DNA of 60,403 nucleotides, filler included, from Sluysia triapertura (Eukaryota), in NCBI GenBank assembly GCA_046118255.1. It is 4 parts of 4 records of this genome, joined end to end, with 100 filler letters (N's around TTAATTAATTAA, not from the genome) between each part and the next. Parts side by side here need not be neighbours in the genome. Positions count along the whole stretch, not along the records: positions 44,373 to 60,403 come from JBJNIA010212698.1; 3 more parts are not named here. One strand, 5' to 3'. The position numbers and the translations under genes were made by a program. This document shows positions 52,691 through 60,403 of this stretch, piece by piece. The notes beneath the pieces were generated by a model. That model had not been told where the DNA came from, ran no database searches, and saw nothing but the letters and a program-made list of their open reading frames with translations. The stretch's first letter is position 1; each line of letters begins with the position of its first letter.

Positions 52691-55663
52691 TTACTAGTAG
52701 GGCTTTTAATTGCATGGCTAAAATTGTTGTATGATATATAAAAACTGATAAATAAAAGCTGATAATGTTAATATTATCCATAACATTCGTACACACTTTG
52801 TATTTCTATTTAAAATGCTTGTTAAACCATGAGTCCTTGTTTCACTTACTCAATATTTACAGACTTTATTTGTCACTCGTAAACTATAATACAAAACTGA
52901 CAATGCTTTTATATTAAATCGAATTAGGCAATTATAGTTAATGTATTTAATCATATTAATAATAATAAATAATAATAAAAATATTAATATTTAAATTGAA
53001 AAAAATAATTTTAATAATTTTAACTCGTATTTAATTGTTTGATATAAATTTTAAATACTTCATATTTATTGTAATTGATTTTATTTTTTAATGTCAGATT
53101 AAGGGTAATTTTTATTTTTATGGAATTGCGAAAGCGATTTCGTAATTAACTTCGAATAACACGTAAATACATAACATATTGATAAAACATCAAAGAGATC
53201 ACATACACTAATAATTATATTTATTATATCTACTTTTCGTATTATGCATATGGCTAATAATACCTACAATATTATTAAACACTAAAATACTAAAATACTT
53301 CATTTTTTATCATTAATTAGTTAACATTTTTAGACGACTTACTCTTAAACTATAAGATTTATAAAATTTTCACATTCATTTCTGATGTATTTTGCCGTGA
53401 AAATTCATTTATATATCATTCGTCTACATTGAATTCTCGACCTATTACAAGGTAGTCACATGAAATATAACTTTATTTTGAATTATACCATGTGAATGTT
53501 TTTCTTAAGTGTTATTTTGAAAACCCCAATCCTTTGAAATCTTAGAAAAATACAAAAATTAATTTTCCACGCAATTCAACAAGACAGAAAATATTTGCTT
53601 CTCGGATATGACTTTCTTCATGATCAGTATCCCACACTAACCTTTCTAAGACAACTCTACCATCTGTTAAAAGATTTAAAGAAACAGCTCTTAACACTTA
53701 TAGCAACATAGATTTTAACAATGATATATTATACTCAAATATGATATATCATCATAATCTTAAAGATTTATTTAAAATGACAGTTATAATTAAAATTGAA
53801 TAAATGATTTCAACTTATAAATGTATAACATTAACTTATGTACATTATTTTTGTATTATTTATATTCGAACTTATTACTTCAAAAAAATAGAATAAAAAT
53901 AAGAATTTTCGGCTGATATATTTTTTTAATTATTAAAAACCGTTAAATTGAATTTTGGGGTTATAGTGGCCTACATAAGTTTTAATAATAATAATGATAA
54001 TATTAACAACAATATTAATAATAATAATGATTTTAATAATACTAATGATCATGTTTATAATAATAATAATGATAATAATAATAATATGTGGAATAATAAT
54101 ATTGATAATAAATGATATTATTATTGATGATTAAAATAACTACAGTAGCATCAAATATACTAATATTAATGACAATAGTGATTTTATTAATGGATTTTAT
54201 TCAAGTAGTAAGGATTTTTAAAAATATATTAAAACTCTATAAATTAGTTATATTTTACTTCTCATCCGATTTAAAAGGATCAGATTTAAATTATGTAATA
54301 TAATGCGTTTAATTAATTTATAAATCCTAAAACAATCAATGGATACATTAAAATAAAATTTACCAATATTCAAAAGTAGAGTAATCAATTACTCTAGAGT
54401 GATTACTTTAAATGCAATATTTTTACAATTTCTTAGATATAAGACTTTACTTTATAAATTTCTATATACATAAATTACTTTATATGTATATAGAAATATA
54501 GAATTTATCCAAATTATTATAAAAATAATAATTGAAGTATCAAAATTTTGATTAAAATTTTATAATAACCAAATTAAAAGGTTACATAAAAATTCAATTA
54601 AATAAATATTATTTCACGTTTAAAATCGCGATTGCCTTACAATGTAAAAAACTAATGATTGTACAAAACATACGTTCATGGATGAAGTTGAGGATTGAAC
54701 TAATGATCAGCAATTCAATAATTACACAGAGATAAAATCGATTCGCAAATTAAAATTTGAAATATAAACATGTGAACAATTTAATCTATTGATTAATTAA
54801 TCGTTAAAAAATCTTGCTTGAAAATGGGTTTGGTAAGTACAAAATTGTTAATAAAAATTGTGACCTTTAAAATCATACAGTTTTACAATTATGTTTAGTA
54901 CTTAAAAGTACTATTGTTTAAAATTATTATTATTATTAACATTTGTTAAACAATTATTCAAAAATCTGAAGATTTCTAAATTAAATTAATTTAACTAAGT
55001 TATAATAAAATTATTAAATTTAAACTATAAATTTAAATAATAATATCAACAAAAATAATATCAAGAATACCAAAATTATACAAGAATAATACAAAATATA
55101 CAAAAATAATGAAAGAGTCAGACAGTTTTAGACGATGATAAAATAATACTAATTCAAAACTAGAATTTGTAATGAAAACAATAATGTCTATGTTAGAATT
55201 AGAAGTTTCTAATTTTTTAATCAATAAATTGTAATAAGGATGATTTTAATCTTTTGAAAATTCCAAACATTTAAAAAGTTTTCAATATGGCGACTAATTT
55301 AATCACTATATGAATAATCACAATATAAAAAAACGAATTAGCTGTGTTATTAAAATTGTGTTTAAGTAGTTGAAATTTCTCTGCTTTATATACCAATAAT
55401 TAGCCAATGACATTCAACTACTGGTGAATTTATTTATTTCTTATTTAAACACTTGCATTTATATTATCTATTCATTTTAATAAGTAGATAATAGTTAGAT
55501 AAAAATTAATTTAAATTTTATTATTATTGACTAGTATTATTCATCAAATAAAGATGAGTGTCGAGAACCCTAAATTAAAACCCTCATACGACAGTTAATT
55601 ATAATTTGTCTTTTTCCACATCTTTATGAAATTATTTAATTTATTTTAGGATTTTTTATTGTA

Positions 55664-56241
55664 CGCTTTTTGGATTTTTTACGTAATTTTTGCACGAATA
55701 ACCTTGAATCAATTAAGTAATATAAATATTGAAAAATAAAAATGTGGAATTAGTTTAAAAATTCGGCATTATTTATCTTAAAAAATTGATAAAGCAGTTA
55801 GTGGAGAAGATTATAAAGAAATAAAATATACAAGATTCACCATTATCGAGGATTAAAAGATAATGATTTGATTTCGAGACTTAATTTGAAATACTAGCCA
55901 CCTTATTTTCCTTTTTTAAATCCAATAGAAAATGTTTTTTTGGGTTGGAAAAATTTATTTATCCGAGATGGCGCAGAAAATGAAACTGAATTGAAAAGAT
56001 TAATTTTTGATAAATTTGGAGAAATAACTCCAGAACATTGTAACGCTTTTTATAGGAAAATGCTGTCATATATAAATATGAGTGTAAAGAATCCTAAAAT
56101 AAAAAACCAAATTTCTATTTTTAATTTTCATTTTTTAAATTCACTAATTCAATATTTTTACTTCTCAAATATTTATATTACCTAATTGATTGCAAGGTTT
56201 ACTCTATTCATGCACAAATTACGCAATAGATCTAAAAACCC
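55664..56241 (+). mobile_element. Internally deleted Tc1/IS630-family transposon with long degenerate TIRs
   Basis: LKY*PPYFPFLNPIENVFLGWK is the DDE third-acid motif. Imperfect inverted repeats of about 80 nt lie at 55664-55745 and 56150-56241. TA flanks. Confidence 0.85.
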
Positions 56242-56875
56242 TACATATTATATTCAATTTTAACCGAAATATTGGTATATTGTAATAAATTTTCAGATTT
56301 TATAGCTTTAGATAAATAGTATAAATTTCCTGTCCGATTACGTATATTCAAATCGATATGATTTTAACAACTTGATCTGTATTAGACTAAATATTGATCT
56401 GTACTTTTACTATTTATGAAAAATTTTATCATTATTAAAGAATAATAATACAGTATGATTCAAAAAAAGCTCAAAGAAGTTAACCAATTAATGACCAAGC
56501 TTTAAATTGTGATTAAATTTTTTCATTTTTCTCAATTATGTGCATTATTCATCCAACTTAATGTAGGAACTTACTACATTTATGGTAACGAATGATAAAA
56601 GCCATCGTAATAATAAGAAAATATGAAATCAAGGATAGATAATACTACGTAATAACTATAGTTGCCAGTTGTCATTAATAAATTAACTACTACAACGATT
56701 TCTAGTGACGGGCAATGTTAACACATTGAAGACGGTAAGAATTCTTGCATATTGTGTTGAAATAATATGAATTAAAAGTGATACTTTCGAAACAGTGTAA
56801 CATTTATTAAGTTTAATACATTATTAAAATTTATGAGCATATGTAATGCTACTTCTAGATTGAAAAATAAAAACG

Positions 56876-56877
<2 letters not shown>

Positions 56878-56943
<66 letters not shown>
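56878..56943. repeat. (AAT)n microsatellite
   Basis: Perfect run. Confidence 0.95.
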
Positions 56944-57279
56944 TAAAGTGCACAACAAGTATTGAAAAAATATTTTTAATAATGAAAAATATATAAAATA
57001 TTTTTTATGATAAAATCAGTAAAAACACAGTATTTGCAACTTTAAGTAATATTAGTTAATTATTGATTATAATAATAACTAATAAAAACTAACATATCTA
57101 GTGAAGTTAAAGTGGCTTCTGAACAGGTAAATGAAGAGTCCCTTACTCTCTAAATATTTTATATTCAATAAATTTATCATAATAATGTTATTGCGTAAAA
57201 AATTGAAAAATTTCTTTAAAAATAGTGATAAAAACGAGCAAATTGTATACCAGCATTTGAAATAAATAAATAAATTACA

Positions 57280-57475
57280 AACAGAAACTTTCGAACAGAC
57301 GAAAAGAAAAAATAACAAATACAAAAAGCACCACATGAATACTTTAAGCAAAATTTTATTTGTGGCTAGCTAAACCAATAAAATAAAAGCTTTTATACGC
57401 CCAATTGCCTGTGATAACGTTATAAAAAATAAATTAACTGAACCCCAAAAGTTTTGTTTGAATCCCTGATTATAT
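57280..57475 (-). pseudogene. Possible MFS-type membrane protein exon remnant
   Basis: Acceptor followed by YNQGFKQNFWGSVNLFFITLSQAIGRIKAFILLV* and a hydrophobic continuation. Confidence 0.3.
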
Positions 57476-57984
57476 CTAAAATAAATAGGATAAATTTTCA
57501 ATAAATTTTACAAAAGGAAAATTTCGTAGAATAGCTTTCTTTTAATATTTTTAGTTTTAAGACCATGAGACCCATTTTTGGTATGTTACTTTCGTAAACT
57601 TTATAAAATTCCATTTTGAATAATAATTTCATATTTGTTATTAATGAACATTTTTCATATTCTAAATTTAAATATTATTTCTTGTTTTATGATGAATTAT
57701 TTCTATTTCTAAAATTTATACATCACAATCAACTGTAATTCTATTTTCAAAGAAATTAGAGAATTAACCCTTTAAATTATCCAAAAGATGCATATTTATC
57801 TAACAGTTATTACGATTTTTTATTATATTGACATGTAAAAATATAGAACTTCCATGATATTTCTTTACACAGGTCGTTTTTAAATATCTTCATCATTAAT
57901 ATTTTTGCAACCTCAGAACACCATTTCATAATTTAAATTCATATAAATACAATAATTCTTATTTTTCACTTAAATGTTATTGGA

Positions 57985-58545
57985 TTTCAATTTCTAATAT
58001 GAATTTTGAATTTAATATAATGGCTAGATTTAACTGTTTAGAAGAAAATATCAATTGCGCTATCAAAAAATGTAAATATCAATTGAAGAATATTAGAAAA
58101 TTTATAACTAATTTTTGATAACAAATAATATAGATTATAATAATGGATTATTATACTGAACTACATACAAAAGTGCAAAAGTGTAAATCAATCAGCAAGA
58201 ACTTTTCATTGGTTACCAATAATAGCAAAGTGGAATAAAAATCATGATAATAATTTATAAATGCTTACATTATAGAAATCATGACTATTTCTTAGTGATA
58301 ATGAATATGTTGAAACCACAACGAATGTGTTTTTAAAATATAACAATTTGTACAGAATTTGTCTAAAAAAATCTATAAACATTTATCACAGATTATCAAA
58401 TCATTCGAAAATTAGGAAAAAATTTAAAGACTGTTCTTTCTATTTCAAAGATATTATGACGAACAATGACGCATTCTGAGCACTTTTAGTACATATTTCA
58501 TAATCATCATCATCAGCATCATTATTGTTATTATTATTATTAACT
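57985..58545 (+). mobile_element. Old L2-type LINE 3' portion with (CAT)n/(TTA)n tail
   Basis: Collinear with 30840-31250 (aaaaaatgtaaata.caatt, cattggttaccaataa, aaatgcttacattat). Confidence 0.75.
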
Positions 58546-59861
58546 CATTCGATTATTAGTAGAATTAAAATTGAAAAATTGTGAATGCTTGTTAAATAGA
58601 TTGTCTTTAAATCGTATTATTCAAATTAATCAATGAAGCGCCAAATTTTCTTAAATATGTGTTTACTCATGTTGAAGTGAATGAAGTCATATTTATATAA
58701 TAATATATAACTGAATAAACCACTTTTATGATAAAGTGGATTCTTAAAGAACTACTCCATTATTTATTTTAGCATTATGGAAAATATTGCAACAATCATA
58801 CAATCAAATGAAAATAAAACACCAATAAATATTTAGGATTATATACATACATATATATATATATATTGGATTTTTCAAATTTAGTCAGAAAAGTAGTATG
58901 ACTAATAGTTTGTATCTGACATTTAAGAATTTTCATATTTTTACTAATAATGTACTTTCTATTGTGATTCAAATTGTTAAGGAAACATTGAATTCAACAT
59001 AATAAATGTACCCATTTGTTTAGCCGACCTTTGCACTCTAAATTTCCATTTTCTAAAGAACCAGTTTTCTTTAGCTTTGTATTTGTTTTCGGATACAAAT
59101 TTATACTTTTGTAAACCATTTTAAATATATAAATTATATAAAATATATAAAATGATTTTATAAATGAATCTATAATTGAAATTCGCTTTTTAATAAATTA
59201 GTAACGGATAACTCATTACTCATACTATGAAACAGTACAACGGCATTTTTTCAATAATACTTTTACATATGGTTTTTTTAACATTGAAGAATTATCAAAT
59301 AATATTTGTAGTTTTATGTAAAATTAAAATTAAATAAAATCACAACTAAATACATTTAGTTATACTATTGCATTAGGAAATAAAATCGAATAAGCAACAT
59401 TTAAAAATGGAAATGGTTTCATATTTATCATCCTTGAAATAACAAAAATTTTAAAATGATTATAATACAAATATTAAAACAATCGCTCATTTAATAAATT
59501 ATATCAATGACATCTTTTCAACATCGTCTAAATTTATAAATGCAAATTATATCTTCTGCTACACACTTATTTAATTCCAATTTAAAATTCTGTTATTTTC
59601 ATTTGATAATATTTAATTTTGGTTAAAAAACAAAACCTTCAAGCATCTTTATGTGAAAATAGTCACACTATTTCGCTTTAGCCTCATTATTTTGAGTTAT
59701 GCATTATTCTTTTTCTTTGTGTCAAATTTACTGATATCAAAAAAAACGTTACGTATGCGAAGTAAAAATGGATTGGCGGGATCTTTACGGAATATTAACC
59801 AAAATTTAAATTTTGCATTTTTAATAAATTGATTAAATTGTATTCAAATTGATTATCATAC

Positions 59862-59882
59862 CTGTTTTGATAAATCAATTTC
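59862..59882 (-). CDS. Candidate 21-nt microexon (EIDLSKQ) of the MFS gene
   Basis: TTTTCAAG|GAAATTGATTTATCAAAACAG|GTATGA, phase 0-0, compatible with the upstream exon. Confidence 0.5.
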
Positions 59883-60029
59883 CTTGAAAAAGAAAAATAA
59901 CAATTACTATGTATGAATAAAATATAACTGTAACCCGTGTTTCATTTTATTGGTAAATAAAACTGTTCGTACATGATGAAAATGCACATTATATTAATAA
60001 TTAATTAATAAAAATAATCAAAAACTAAC

Positions 60030-60156
60030 AATAATTTCTGGCATCTGTTTTGGAAATAAAAGCAAAACTCCAATAAATTGCATAATGGCGTATATAGATC
60101 CAAGTAGAACAAAACTCCACGGAACTCGATTTAACAGTTCAATTTCACCAAAATAT
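60030..60156 (-). CDS. Exon of an oxalate:formate antiporter-like MFS transporter
   Basis: TTATAG|...|GTTAGT exon encoding YFGEIELLNRVPWSFVLLGSIYAIMQFIGVLLLFP. It matches the YF....LL.RVP..F..LG..Y..MQ.IG motif I recall from invertebrate OxlT-like proteins. Confidence 0.7.
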
Positions 60157-60287
60157 CTATAATAAAACTAATATTATTAATTTTTAATCTACCAAGCGCA
60201 CATTATCAATGTCATAATTTTATTACTAAAATTGTTTATTTAATTATGAATATTAGACCATAACATGAATTATATTGTAATAATAAT

Positions 60288-60325
60288 TAACCCCTTAACT
60301 CGCACACTCGAATTAACTCGAGCGA
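60288..60325 (+). mobile_element. piggyBac-like terminus
   Basis: TTAA|CCCCTTAAC followed by the palindromic CTCGAATTAACTCGAG. Confidence 0.35.
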
Positions 60326-60403
60326 TTTATTTTGACATGTTTAGGTAGAAAATATATCTAACCAACATATACTGATATAATAAATAAATATCATATTTTT
60401 CAT

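Overview
Very AT-rich eukaryotic DNA, apparently metazoan, with short (about 38-48 nt) GT-AG introns. It is dominated by decayed transposable elements and scattered host-gene pieces. The style is compatible with a compact invertebrate genome such as an orthonectid, but I cannot confirm the species. Three 100-nt gaps carry an artificial TTAATTAATTAA linker, so contigs may not be truly adjacent. The largest element is a decayed minus-strand Ty3/Gypsy retrotransposon (about 47.0-51.9 kb) with a tRNA-Trp PBS, PR remnant, RT, RNase H, integrase, PPT and 3' LTR. Its gag and 5' LTR are missing, and a tRNA-like Pol III head sits where the 5' LTR should be. Other elements are several L2/CR1-type LINE copies, a NeSL/Utopia-type RLE fragment inserted into a second tRNA-like copy, piggyBac, Tc1/IS630, Merlin and pogo-type remnants, a TA-flanked MITE, and a densovirus NS3-like remnant. 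Host-like pieces include a Ser/Pro-rich exon, a CLASP C-terminal exon, Ig and FN3 pieces, a CCDC65/DRC2 pseudogene, an annexin motif and MFS exons. The most striking signal is three tandem 22-nt RNA hairpins at 47014-47135 with an invariant bulged A and loop and co-varying stems. They lie just 3' of an orphan ORF at the distal end of the putative LTR. All protein-family calls rest on recalled consensus motifs, not database searches.
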